Source: Camelus ferus
Taxonomy: Eukaryota
Reading direction: 5' to 3'
NCBI RefSeq assembly: GCF_009834535.1
Contig: NC_045696.1
Span: 122,328,001 to 122,392,000 of the forward strand
DNA: 64,000 bases
Under the pieces are notes generated by a model that had not been told where the DNA came from, did not search any database, and was given only the letters and a program-made list of their open reading frames with translations. The stretch's first letter is position 1, and every line of letters starts with the position of its first letter. Of the stretch, positions 37,341-51,800 are shown in pieces. The position numbers were made by a program, and so were the translations under genes.

Positions 37341-40300
37341 CGGGTTGAAGGAGAAATTTTATTCTAGTTTCTCAGTCTGTTTCCTAGTGCCGGTTTGAAT
37401 TTACTGCAGTTTTCAATGTAAAACCGAGTTGGAGCTCGTACCTCCCATATATATCTATGGAGTGGAGTTTGCAAGTGAAAAGTAACTTTGTGTTCCCAAA
37501 AAGCTAGGTGAAGGACGGCTTTCACACACACTTATCTCTCAGATCTGAGCACGTGGAGGGATGTTCGTTCATCTAGCAGAAAGGGAAGGGGTTGCAGTAG
37601 AAACTTTTACTCTGGTTTCTCAGTCTGTTTCCTAGTGCCGGTTTGAACTTCCTGCAGTTTTCACTGTAAAACATAGTTGGAGCTCGTACCTCCCCATATA
37701 TATGTATAGGGTGGAGTTTGCATCTGAAAAGAAGCTTTGTGTTCCCAACAAGATAGGTGAAGTAAGGCTTTCACACACAGTTATCACTCAGAAATGAGCA
37801 TGTGGAGAGACGTTCGTTCATCTAGCACAAAAGGAACGGTTTGCAGGAGTAACTATTACTCTGGTTTCTCAGACTGTTTCCTAGAGCCGGTTTGAAGTTC
37901 CTGCAGTTTTCACTGTAAAACGGAGTGCAGCTCGTACCTCCCCATATATATATATGGATTGGAGTTTGAAACTTAAAAGAAACTTTGTGTTTCCAAAAAG
38001 CTAGGTGAAGGACGGCTTTCACACACACTTATCTCTCAGAACTGAGCATGTGGAGCGACGTTCGTTCATCTAGCACAAAGGGAACGGGTTGCATGAGAAA
38101 CTATTACTCTGGTTTCTCAGTCTGATTCCTAGTGCCTGTTTTAATTTACTGCAGTTTTCACTATAAAACCATGTTAGTTCCCATACATCCCCATATAAAT
38201 GTAAGGAGTGGAGTTTGCAAGTGAAAAGAAACTTTCTCTTCCCAACAAGCTAGGTGAATGACGGCAATCACACAAAATTATCTCTCAGAACTGAGCATGG
38301 GGAGAGAAGTTCGTTCATCTAGCACAAAGGGAATGGGTTGCAGGATAAACGTTTACACTGGGTTCTCAGTCTGTTTCCTAGTGCCCGTTTTATCTTCCTG
38401 CAGTTTTCACTGTATAAAAAATTTGGAGCTATTACCTCCCAATATATATTTATGGAGTGGAGTTTGCAACTGAAAAGATACTTTGTGTTCCCAACAAGCT
38501 AGGTGAAGTACGGCTTTCACACACACTTATCTCTCAGAACTGAGCATGTGGAGAGACTTTCATTCATTTAGCACAAAGGGAAAGGGTTGCAGGAGAAACT
38601 TTTTCTCTGGTTTCTCAGTCTGTTTCCTAGGGCCGGTTTGAATTTCCTGTAGTATTCACTGTAAAACCGATGTGAGCTCGTACTTCCCCATATATATGTA
38701 TGGAGTGGTGTTGGCAACTGAAAAGAAACTTTGTGTTCCCAACAAGCTAGGCGAAGGACGGCTTTCACACACAATTATCTCTCAGTACTGAGCATGTGGA
38801 GAGACGTTCGTTCATCTAGCACAAAGGGAACGGGTTGCCGGAGAAACTTTTACTCTGGGTTCTCAGTCTGTTTCCTAGTGCCGGTTTGAAATTCCTGCAA
38901 TTTTCACTGTAAAACCGACTTGGAGCTCGAACCACCCCATATATATATATGGAGTGCCGTTTGCAAGTGAAAAGAAAATTTGTTTTCCCAAAAAGCTAGG
39001 TGAAGGACGGCTTTCACACACACTTATTTCTCAGAACTGATCACGTGGAGGGATGTTCGTTCATCTTGCACAAATGGAACGGTTTGCAGTAGAAACTTTT
39101 ACTCAGGATACTCAGTCTGTTTCCTTGTGCCGGTTTGAACTTCCTGCAGTTTTCACTGTAAAACATAGTTGGAGGTCTTCCCTCCCCATATATATATATA
39201 TATAGAGTGGAGTTTGCAACTGAAAAGAAGCTTTGTGTTCCCAACAAGATAGGTGAAGTAAGGCTTTCACACACACTTATCACTCAGAAATGAGCATATG
39301 GAGAGACGTTCGTTCATCTAGCACAAAAGGAACGGTTTGCAGGAGAAACTATTACTCTGGTTTCTCAGACTGTTTCCTAGTGACGGTTTGAAGTTCCTGC
39401 AGTTTTCACTGTAAAACGGAGTGGAGCTAGTACCTCCCCATATATATATATGGATTGGAGTTTAATACTGAAAAGAAACTTTGTGTTTCCAACAAGCTAG
39501 GTGAAGGACGGCATTCACACACACTTATCTCTCAGAACTGAGCATGTGGAGCGACGTTCATTCATTTAGCACAATGGGAACGGGTTGCAGGAGAAATATT
39601 TACTCTGGTTTCTCAGCCTGTTTCCTAGTGCCGGTTTGAAATTTCTGCAGTTTTCACTGTAAAACCGTGTTGGAGATAGTACCTTCCCTATGAAAATATG
39701 GAGAGGAGTTGGCAACTGAAAAGAAACTTTGTGTTCCCAACAAGCTACGTGAAGGAAGGCTTTCACACACATTTATCTCTCAGAATTCAGCATGTGGAGA
39801 GACGTTCGTTTATCTACCAGAAAGGGAACGGGTTGCAGTAGAAACTATTACTCTGGTTTCTCAGTCTGTTTCCGAGTGCCTGTTTGATTTTCCTGCAGTT
39901 TTCACTGTAAAACCGAGTTGGAGCTAGCCCATACCCATACATATATATGGAGTGGGGTTTGCAACTGAAAAGAAATTTTGTGTTCCCCACAAGCTAGTTG
40001 AAGGACGGTTTCACACACACTTATGTCTCAGATCTGAGCATGTGGATAGACGTTCGTTCATCTTGCAAAAACGGGTTGCATGTGAAACTATTACTCTAGT
40101 TTCTCAGTCTGTTTCCTAGTGCCGGTTTGAATTTCCTGCAGTTTTCACTGTATAACCGCGTTGGAGCTAGACCATACCCATATATATGTATGGATTTGTG
40201 TTTGCAACTGAAAAGAAACTTTGTGTTCCCAACAAGCTAGGTGAAGGACAGCTTTCACACACACATATCTCTCAGAACTGAGCATGTGGAGAGACGTTCG

Positions 40301-43300
40301 TTCATCTAGCACAAAGGGAACGGGTGGCAGGGGAAACTTTTTCTCTGGTTTCTCAGTCTGATTCCTAGTGCCGGATTGAAGTTCCTGCAGTTTTCCGTGT
40401 AAAACCGAGTTGGAGCTTGTACCTCCCCATATATATGTATGGAGTGGGGTTTGTACCTAAAAGAAACTTTGTGTTCCCAACAAGCTAGGTTAAGGACGGC
40501 TTTCACACATAATTTTCTCTCAGAAATGAGCATGTGGGGAGACGTTCGTTCATCTAGCACAAAGGGAACGTTTTGCAGGAGAAACTTTATATCTGGATGC
40601 TCACTGTGTTTCCTAGTGCTGGTTTGAAGTTCCTGCAATTTTCACTGAAAAAGGTGTTGGGTCTAGTACCTCCCCATATAAATATATGGAGTGGAGTTTG
40701 CACCTGAAAAGAAACTTTGTGTTCCCAATAAGCTAGGTGAATTTCGGCTTTCACACACACTTATCTCTAAGAACTGAGCATGTGGAGAGACGTTCGTTCA
40801 TCTAGCACAAAGGGAACGGTTTGCAGGTAAAATTTTACTCTTGTTTCTCAGTCTGTTTCCTACTGCCGGTTTGAAATTCCTGCAGATTTCATTGTAAAAA
40901 GAGATTTGGAGCTACCACCACCCCATATATATGTATGGAGTGGAGTTTGCAACTAAAAAGGAACATTGTGTTCCCAACAAGCTAGTTGAAGGACGGATTC
41001 ACACACACTTATCTCTCAGAAATGAGCATGTGGAGAGACGTTTGTTCATCTAGCACAAAGGGAATGGGGTTGCAGGAGAACCTTTTACTCTGGTTTCGCA
41101 GTCTGTTTCCTACTGCCGGTTTGAAGTTCCTGCAGTTTTCACTGTAAAACCGAGTTGGAGCTAGCCCATACCCATAGATATTTATGGAGTGGATTTTGCT
41201 AGTGAAAAGAATTTTGTGTTCCCAACAAGCTGGTTGAAGCTGGCTTTCACACACATTTATGTCTCAGAACTGATCATGTGGTGAGACGTTCGTTGATATA
41301 GCACAAAAAGAACGGGTTGCAGGGAAACTTTTACTCTGGCTTCTCAGTCTGTTTCCTAGTGCCGGTTTGAAGTTCCTGCAGTTTTCATTGTAAATCCGAG
41401 TTGGAACTAGTACCTCCCCATATATATGTATGGATTGGAGTTGGCAACTGGAAAGAAACATTGTGTTCCCAACAAGCTACCTGAAGGACGGCTTGCACAC
41501 ACACTTATCTCTCACAACTGAGCATGTGGAGAGATGTTCTTTCATCTAGCACAAAGGGAACGGGTTGCAGGAAAAACTATTACTCTGGTTTCTCAGTCTT
41601 TTTTTAAGTGCAGGTTTGAAGTTCCTGCAATTTTCACTGTAAAACCGAGTTGGAGCTATTCCATAATCCACAGATATGTATGGATTGGAGTTTGCATCTG
41701 AAAAGAAACTTTGTGTTCCCAACAAGCTAGGTGAAGGACGGCTTTCACACACACTTATCTCAGAACTGATCATGTGAAGAGACGTTCGTTCATCTAGCAG
41801 AAAGGGATCGGGTTGCAGGAGAAACTTTTACCCTAGTTTCTCAGTCTGTTTCTTAGTGCCGGATTGAACATCCTGCAGTTTTCACTGTAACACCGAGTTG
41901 GAGCTAGAAAATTCCCATAAATATGTATGGAGTGGAGTTTCCAACTAAAAAGGAACATTGTGTTCCCAACAAGCTAGTTGAAGGACGGATTCACACACAC
42001 TTATGTCTCAGAACTGAGCATGTGGAGAGACGTTCGTTCATCTAGCACAAAGGGAACGGGTTGCAGGGGTAACTTTTACTCTGGGTTCTCAGTCTGTTTC
42101 CTAGTGCCGGTTAGAAGTTCCTGCAGTTTTCAATGTAAAACCGAGTTGGAGCTAGCCCATATCCATAGATATGTATGGAGTGGAGTTTACAACTGAATAG
42201 AAACTTTGTGTTCCCAACAAGCTTGGTGAACGACGGCTTTCACACACAATGATCTCTCAGAACTGAGCATGTGGAGAGATGTTCGTTCATCTAGCACAAA
42301 GGGAACGGGGTGCAGGTGAAACTTTTCTCTGGTTTCTCAGTCTGTTTCCTACTGCCGGTTTGAAGTTCCTGCAGTTTTCAGTGTAAAACAGATTTGGAGC
42401 TAGTACCTCCCCATATATATGTATGGAGTGGAGTTTGCAACTGAAAAGAAAATTTGGGTTCCCAACAAGCTAGGTGAATTTCGGTTTTCACACACACATA
42501 TCTCTCCGATCTTAGCATGTGGGGAGACTTTCGTTCATCTAGCACAAAGGGAATGGATTTCAGGAGAAACTTTTACTCTGGTTTCTCAGTCTGTTTCTTA
42601 GTGCGGGGTAGAACTTCCTGCAGTTTTCCCTGTAAAACCGAGTTGGAGCTTGTACCTCCCCATATATATATTTGGAGTGGATTTTGCAACATAAAAGAAA
42701 CTTTGAGTTCCAAACTAGTTAGGTGAAGGTCGTCTTTCACACATAATTTTCTCTCAGAAATGAGCATGTGGAGAGACGTTCGTTCATCTAGCAGAAAGGG
42801 AACGGGTTGCAGGGGAAACTTTTACTCTGGTTTCTCAGTCTGTTTACTAGTGCTGGTATGAAGTTTCTGCAGTTTTCACTGTAAAACCGAATTTGAGCTT
42901 GGCCATACCCATAGATATGTATGGAGTGGAGTTTGCATCTGAAAAGAAACATTGTGTTCCAAACAAGCTAGGTTAAGGACAGCTTTCACACACACTGATC
43001 TCTCAGAACTGAGCATGTGGAGAGATGTTCGTTCATCTAGCACATAGGGAACGGGTTGCAGGTGAAATTTTACTCTGGTTTCTCAGTCTGTTTCCTACTG
43101 CCGGTTTGAAGTTCCTGCATTTTTCCCTGTAATACCGAGTTGGAGATAGTACCTCCCCATATATATGTATGTAGTGGAGTTTGTACCTAAAAGAAACTTT
43201 GTTTTCCCAACAAGCTAGATGAAGGACTGCTTTCACACATAGTTTTCTCTCAGAAATGGGCATGTGGGGAGAAGTTCGTTCATCCAGCACAAAGGGAACG

Positions 43301-45879
43301 TGTTGCAGGAGAAACTTTATATCTGGATGCTCAGTGTGTTTCCTAGTGCCGGTTTGAAGTTCCTGCAATATTCACTGAAAAATGTGTTGGGGCTAGTACC
43401 TCCCCAAATATATGTATGGAGTGGAGTTTGCACCTGAAAAGAAACTTTGTGTTCCTAACAAGCTAGTTGAAGTACGGCTTTCACACACACTTATGTCTCA
43501 GAACTGAGCATGTGGAGAGACGTTCGTTCATCTAGCACAAAGGGAACGGGTTGCAGGGGATAATTTTACTCTGGTTTCTCAGTCTGTTTCCGAGTGCCCG
43601 TTTGAAATTCCTGCAGTTTTCTCTGTAAAACAGTGTTGGAGCTAGTCCCTACACATAGATATGTATGGAGTGAATTTTGTTAATGAAAAGAAACTTTGTG
43701 TTCCCAACCAGCTATGTGAAGGACGGCTTTCACACACACTTATCTCTCAGAACTGAACATGTGGAGAGACGTTCGTTCATCTAGCACAAATGGAACGGCT
43801 TGCAGGAGAAACTTTTAGTCTGGTTTCTCAGTCTGTTTCCTAGTGCCGGTTTGAAGATCCTGCAGTTTTCATTGTAAAACCGAGTTGGAACTAGTACATC
43901 CCCATATATATGTATGGAGTGGAGTTGGCAACTGGAAAGAAACATTGTGTTCCCAACAAGCTACCTGAAGGACGGCTTGCACACACACTTATCTCTCACA
44001 ACTGAGCATGTGGAGAGATGTACTTTCATCTAGCACAAAGGGAACGGGTTGCAGGAGAAATTTTACTCTGGTTTCTCAGTCTGATTCCTAGTGCCGGTTT
44101 GAAGTTCCTGCAGTTTTCAGTGTAAAACCGAGTTGGAGCTGGTACCACCTCATATATATGTATGGAGTGGAATTTGCAACTGAAAAGAAACTTTGTGTTC
44201 CCAACAAGCTAGGTGAAGAATGGCTTTCACACAAACATATCTCTCAGAATTTAGCATGTTGAGAGACGTTCGTTCATCTATCCCAAATGGAACGTGTTGC
44301 AGGAGAAACTATTACTCTAGTTTCTCAGTCTGTTTTCAAGTGCCGGTTTGAAGTTCCTGCAATTTTCACTGTAAAACCGAGTTGGAGCTATTCCATAACC
44401 ACAGATATTTATGGATTGGAGTTTGCAACTGAAAAGAATTTTTGTGTTCCCAACAAGCTAGGTGAAGGACGGCATTCACACACACGTATCTCAGAACTGA
44501 GCATAAGGAGAGACGTTCGTTCATCTAGCAGAAAGGGAACGGTTTGCAGGAGAAATTTTTACGCTGGTTTCTCAGCCAGTTTCTTAGTGCCGGTTTGAAC
44601 TTCCTGCAGTTTTCAATTTAACACCGAGTTGGAACTAGACAATACCCATATATATGTATGGAGTGGTGTTTGCAACTGAAAAGTAACTTTGTGTTCCCAA
44701 CAAGCTTGGTGAACGACGGCTTTCACACACACTGATCTCTCAGAACTGAGCATGTGGAGAGATGTTCGTTCATCTAGCACAAAGGGAACGGGGTGCAGGT
44801 GAAACTTTTCTCTGGTTTCTCAGTCTGTTTCCTAACTGCCGGTTTGAAGTTCCTGCAGTTTTCACTGTAAAACAGATTTGGAGCTAGTACCTCCCCATAT
44901 ATATGTATGGTTTGGAGTTTGCAACTGAAAAGAAACTTTGGGTTCCCAACAAGCTAGGTGAATTACGGTTTTCAATCACACATATCTCTCCGATCTTAGC
45001 ATGTGGAGAGACTTTCGTTCATCTAGCACAAAGGGAATGGATTGCAGGAGAAATTTTACTCTGGTTTCTCAGTCTGTTTCCTAGTGTGGGGTAGAACTTC
45101 CTGCAGTTTTCCCTGTAAAACCGAGTTGGAGCTAGTACATCCCCATATATATGTATGGAGTGGATTTTGCAACCTAAAAGAAACTTTGAGTTCCAAACTA
45201 GTTAGGTGAAAGTCGTCTTTCACACATAATTTTCTCTCAGAAATGAGCATGTGGAGAGACGTTCGTTCATCTAGCAGAAAGGGAACGGGTTGCAGGGGAA
45301 ACTTTTACTCTGGTTTCTCAGTCTGTTTCCTAGTGCTGGTTTGAAGTTTCTGCAGTTTTCACTGTAAAACCGAGTTTGAGCTTGCCCATACCCAAAGATA
45401 TGTATGGAGTGGAGTTTGCAACTGAAAACAAACATTGTGTTCCAAACAAGCTAGGTGAAGGACGCCTTTCACACACACTGATCTCTCAGAACTGAGCATG
45501 TGGAAAGATGTACGTTCATATAGCACATAGGGAACGGGTTGCAGGTGAAACTTTTACTCTGGTTTCTCAGTCTGTTTCCTACTGCCGGTTTGAAGTTCCT
45601 GCAGTTTTCCCTGTAATACCGAGTTGGAGATAGTACCTCCCCATATATATGTATGGAGTGGAGATTGCACCTGAAAAGAAACTTTGTGTTCCCAACAAGC
45701 TAGGTGAAGGACGGCTTTCACACACACTTATGTCTCAGAACTGGGCATGCGGGGAGAAGTTCGTTCATCTAGCACAAAGGGAACGTGTTGCAGGAGAAAC
45801 TTTAAATCTGGATGCTCAGTGTGTTTCCTAGTGCCGGTTTGAAGTTCCTGCAATTTTCACTGAAATAGGTGTTGGAACT

Positions 45880-48800
45880 AGTCACTACACATAGATATGT
45901 ATGGAGTGAATTTTGTTAATGAAAAGAAACTTTGTGTTCCCAACCAGCTATGTGAAGGACGGCTTTCAAACACACTTATCTCTCAGAACTGAGCATGTGG
46001 AGAGACGTTCGTTCATCTAGCACAAAGGGACCGGTTTGCAGGAGAAACTTTTAGTCTGGCTTCTCAGTCTGTTTCCTAGTGCCGGTTTGAAGTTCCTGCA
46101 GTTTTCATTGTAAAACCGAGTTGGAACTAGTACCTCCCCATATATATGTATGGAGTGGAGTTGGCAACTGGAAAGAATCATTGTGTTCCCAACAAGCTAC
46201 CTGAAGGGCGGCTTGCACACACACTTATCTCTCAAAACTGAGCATGTGGAGAGACGTTCGTTCATCTAGCACAAAGGGAACGGGTTGCAGTAGAAACTTT
46301 TCTCTGGTTTCTCACTCTGTTTCCTCGTGCCTGTTTGAAGTTCCTGCAGTTTTCAATGTGAAACCGAGTTGGAGCTAGCCCATACCCATAGATATGTATG
46401 GAGTGGAGTTTGCAAGTGAAAAGAAACTTTGTGTTCCCAACAAGCTTGGTGAACGACGGCTTGCACACACACTTATCTCTCACAACTGAGCATGTGGAGA
46501 GATGTTCGTTCATCTAGCACAAAGGGAACGGGGTGCAGGTGAAACTTTTCTCTGGTTTCTCAGTCTGTTTCCTACTGCCGGTTTGAAGTTCCTGCAGTTT
46601 TCACTGTAAAACAGATTTGGAGCTAGTACCTCCCCATATATATGTATGGAGTGGAGTTTGCAACTGAAAAGAAAGTTTGGGTTCCCAACAAGCTAGGTGA
46701 ATTACGGTTTTCACACACACATATCTCTCCGATCTTAGCATGTGGAGAGACTTTCGTTCATCAAGCTCAAAGGGAATGGATTGAAGGAGAAACATTTACT
46801 CTGGTTTCTCAGTCTGTTTCCTAGTGCGGGGTAGAACTTCCTGCAGTTTTCCCTGTAAAACCGAGTTGGAGCTAGTACATCCCCTTATATATGTATGGAG
46901 TGGATTTTGCAACCTAAAAGAAACTTTGAGTTCCAAACTAGTTAGGTGAAAGTCGTCTTTCACACATAATTTTCTCTCAGAAATGAGCATGTGGAGAGAC
47001 GTTCGTTCATCTAGCAGAAAGGGAACGGGTTGCAGGAGAAACTATTACTCTGGTTTCTCAGTCTGTTTTCTAGTGCCGGTTTGAAGATCCTGAAATTTTC
47101 ACTGTAAACCGAGTTGGAGCTATTCCATAACCACAGATATTCATGGATTGGAGTTTGCAACTGATAAGAATTTTTGTGTTCCCAACAAGCTAGGTGAAGG
47201 ACGGCTTTCACACACACGTATCTCAGAACTGAGCATGAGGAGAGACGTTCGTTCATCTAGCAGAAAGGGAACGGTTTGCAGTAGAAATTTTTACGCTGGT
47301 TTCTCAGCCAGTTTCTTAGTGCCGGTTTGAACTTCCTGCAGTTTTCACTTTAACACCGAGTTGGAGCTAGACAATACCCATAGATATGTATGGAGTGGAG
47401 TTTGCAAATGAAAAGAAACTTTGTGTTCCCAACAAGCTAGTTGAAGGACGGCTTTCACACACACTTATGTCTCAGAACTGAGCATGTGGAGAGACGTTCG
47501 TTCATCTAGCACAAAGGGAACGGGTTGCAGGGGAAAGTTTTACTCTGGTTTCTCAGTCTGTTTCCTAGTGCCGCTTTGAAGTTCCTGCACTTTTCTCTGT
47601 AAAACCGAGTTGGAGATAGACCCTACCAATAAATATGTATGGAGTGGAGTTTGCAACTGAAAAGAAACTTTGGGTTCCCAACAAGCTAGGTGAATTACGG
47701 ATTTCACACACACATATCTCTCCGATCTCAGCATGTGGAGAGACGTTCGTTCATCTAGCACAAAGGGAAAGAATTGCAGGAGAAACTTTTTCTCTGGATT
47801 CTCAGTCTGTTTCCTAGTGCCGGTTAGAAGTTCCTGCAGTTTTCCCTTTAAAACCGAGTTGGAGCTAGTACCTCCCCATATATATGTATGGAGTGGGGTT
47901 TGCAACCTAAAAGAAACTTTGTGTTCCAAACAAGTTAAGTGAAGTTCGTCTTTCACACATAATTTTCTCTCAGAAATGAGCAGGTGGAGAGACGATCGTT
48001 CATCAAGCAGAAAGGGAACGGGTTGCAGGGGAAACATTTACTCTGGTTTCTCAGAATATTTCCTACTGCTGGTTTGAAGTTTCTGCAGTTTTCACTGTAA
48101 AACAGAGTTGGAGCTTGCCCATACCCATAGATATGTATGGAGTCGTGTTTGCAACTGAAAAGAAACTTTGTGTTCCCAACAAGATAGGTGAAGTACGGCT
48201 TTCACACCCATTTATCTCTCCGAAATGAGCATGTGGAGAGACGTTCGTTCATCTAGCACAAAGGGAACGGGTTGCAGGAGAAATTTTACTCTGGTTTCTC
48301 AGTCTGTTTCCTAGTGCCGGTTTGAATTTCCTGCAGTTTTCACTGTAAAACCGCGTTGAAGCTAGACCATACCCATATATATTTATGGATTTGTGTTTGC
48401 AACTGAAAAGAAACTTTGTGTTCCCAACAAGCTAGGTGAAGGACTGCTTTAACACACACATATCTATCTGAACTGAGCATGTGGAGAGACGTTCGTTCAT
48501 CTAGCACAAAGGGAACGTGTGGCAGGAGAAACTTTTACTCTGGATTCTCAGTCTGATTCCTAGTGCCTGTTTGAAGCTCCTGCAGTTTTCACTGTAAAAC
48601 CGATTTGGAGCTAGTACCTCCCAATATATATGTATGGAGTGCTGTTTGCAACTGAAAGAAAGTTTGTGTTCCCAACAAGCTAGGTGAAGTACGGAATTCA
48701 CACACACTTACCTTTCAGAAATGAGCATGTGGAGAGACGTTCGTTCATCTAGAAGAAAGGGAACGGGTTGCAGTAGAAACTTTTACTAAGGTTTCTCAGT

Positions 48801-51800
48801 CTGTTTCCTAGTGCCTGTTTGAAGTTCCTGCAGTTTTCACTGTAAAACCGAGTTGGAGCTAGCCCATACCCATAGAAATTTATGGAGTGGTGTTTGCAAC
48901 TGAAAAAAACTTTGTGTTCCCAACAAGCTAGTTGAAGGACAGCTTTCACACACAATTATCTCTCAGAACTGAGCATGTGGAGTGACGTTCGTTCATCTAG
49001 CACAAAGGGAACGGGTTGCAGGAGAAACTTTTACTCTGGTTTCTAAGTCTGTTTCCTAGTGCCTGTTTGAATTTCCTGCAGATTTCACTAGGAAACGAGT
49101 TGGAGCTAGTACCTACCCATAGATATCTATGGAGTGGAGTTTGTTAATGAAAAGAAACTTTGTGTTCCCAACAAGCTAGGTGAAGGACGTCTTTCACACA
49201 CACTTATCACAGAACTGAGGATGTGGAGAGACGTTCGTTCATATAGCACAAAGTGAACTGGTTGCAAGAGAAAATTTTTCTCTGGTTTTTAGTCTGTTTA
49301 TTAGTGCCTGTTTGAAGTTCCTGCAGATTTCACTGTAAATCCGAGTTGGATCTATCCCATACCCATAGATATGTATGGAGTGGATTTTGCTACTGAAAAG
49401 AAACTTTGTGTTCCCAACAAGCTAGGTGAAGGTCGGCTTTCACACACACATATGACTCAGAACTGAGCATGAAGAGAGACGTTCGTTCATATAGAAAAAT
49501 TGGAACGGTTTGCAGCAGAAAATTTTACTCTGGTTTCTCAGTCTGTTTCCTAGTGCCGGTTTGAACTTCCTGCAGTTTTCACTGTAAAACTGATTTGGAG
49601 CTTGTACCTCCCCATATAAATGTATGGAATGGAGTTTGCAACTGAAAAGAAACTTTGTGTTCCCAACACGCTAGGTGAAGGACGGCTTTCACACACAAAA
49701 ATCTCTCAGAATTGAGCATGTTGGGAGACGATCCTTCATCTAGCAGAAAGGGAAAGGTTTTCAGGAGAAACTTTTATTCTGGTTTCTCAGTCTGTTTCCA
49801 AGTGCCGGTTTGATGTTCCTGCAGTTATCACTGTAAAACCGATTTGGAGCTATTACCTCCCCATATATTTGTATGGATTGGAGTTTGCAAATGAAAAGAA
49901 TCTTTGTGTTCCCATCAAGCTAGATTAAGGACGGCTTTCACACAGACTTTTCTCTCTGAACTGAGCATGTTGAGAGACGTTCGTTCATCTAGCACAAAGG
50001 GTACTGTTTGTAGGAGAAACTTTTACTCTGGTTTCTCAGTCTGTTTCCTAGTGCCGGTTTGAATTTCCTGCAGTTTTCACTGTAAACAGAGTTGGAACTA
50101 GTACCTCCCCTTATATATGTATGGATTGGAGTTTGCATGTTAAAAGGAACTTTGTTTTCCTGACAAGCTAAGTGAATGACGGCATTCAAACATACTTATC
50201 TCTCAGAATTGAGCATGTGGAAAGACGTTCGTTCATCTATCACAAAGTGAATGTGTTGCAGGAGAAACTATTACTCTGGTATCTCAGTCTGTTTCCTAGT
50301 GCCAGTTTGAATTTCCTGCAGTTTTCACTGTAACACCGAGTTGGAGCTAGACAATACCCATAGATATGTATGGAGTGGAGTTTGCAAATGAAAAGAAACA
50401 TTGTGTTCCCAACAAGCTAGTTGAAGGACGGCTTTCACACACACTTATATCTCAGAACTGAGCATGTGGGGAGACGTTCGTTCATCTAGCACAAAGGGAA
50501 CGTGTTGCAGGAGAAACTTTAAATCTGGATGCTCAGTGTTTTTCCTAGTGCCGATTTGAAGTTCCTGCAATTTTCACTGAAAAAGGTGTTGGGGCTAGTA
50601 CCTCCCCATATATATGTATGGAGTGGAGTTTGCACCTGAAATGAAATTTTGTGTTCCCAATAAGCTAGGTGAATTTCTGCTTTCACACACACTTATCTCT
50701 AAGAACTGAGCATGTGGAGAGATGTTCGTTCATCTAGCACAAAGGGAACGGGTTGCAGTAGAAACTTTTCTCTGGTTTCTCACTCTGTTTCCTCGTGCCT
50801 GTTTGAAGTTCCTGCAGTTTTCAATGTAAAACCGAGTTGGAGCTAGCCCATACCCATAGATATGTATGGAGTGGAGTTTGCAACTGAAAAGAAACTTTGT
50901 GTTCCCAACAAGCTTGGTGAACGACGGCTTTCACACACACTGATCTCTCACAACTGAGCATGTGGAGAGATGTTCGTTCATCTAGCACAAAGGGAACGGG
51001 GTGCAGGTGAAACTTTTCTCTGGTTTCTCAGTCTGTTTCCTACTGCCGGTTTGAAGTTCCTGCAGTTTTCACTGTAAAACAGATTTGGAGGTAGTACCTC
51101 CCCATATATATGTATGGAGTAGAGTTTGCAACTGAAAAGAAACTTCGGGTTCCCAACAAGCTAGGTGAATTACGGTTTTCACACACACATATCTCTCCGA
51201 TCTTAGCATCAGGAGAGACTTTCGTTCATCTAGCACAAAGGGAATGGATTGCAGGAGAAACTTTTACTCTGGTTTCTCAGTCTGTTTTCTAGTGCGTGGT
51301 AGAACTTCCTGCAGTTTTCCCTGTAAAACCGAGTTGGAGCTAGTACCTCCCCATATATATGTAAGGAGTGGATTTTGCAACCTAAAAGAAACTTTGAGTT
51401 CCAAACTAGTTAGGTGAAGGTCGTCTTTCACACATAATTTTCTCTCAGAAATGAGCATGTGGAGAGACGTTCGTTCATCTAGCAGAAAGGGAACGGGTTG
51501 CAGGGGAAACTTTTACTTTCGTTTCTCAGTCTGTTTCCTAGTGCTGGTTTGAAGTTTCTGCCGTTTTCACTGTAAAACCGAGTTTGAGCTTGCCCATACC
51601 CATAGATTTTTATGGAGTGGTGTTTGCAACTGAAAAGAAACATTGTGTTCCAAAAAAGCTAGGTGAAGGACGGCTTTCACACACACTGATCTCTCAGAAC
51701 TGAGCATGTGGAGAGATGTTCGTTCATCTAGCACACAGGGAAAGGTTTGCAGGTGAAATTTTACTCTGGTTTCTCAGTCTGTTTCCTACTGCCGGTTTGA

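Noticed and set aside
47540..48037. Longest ORF (165 aa, minus strand)
   Set aside because: It spans two 249-bp monomers (249 is divisible by 3) that happen to lack stops. Its paralog near 58964-59460 is interrupted.
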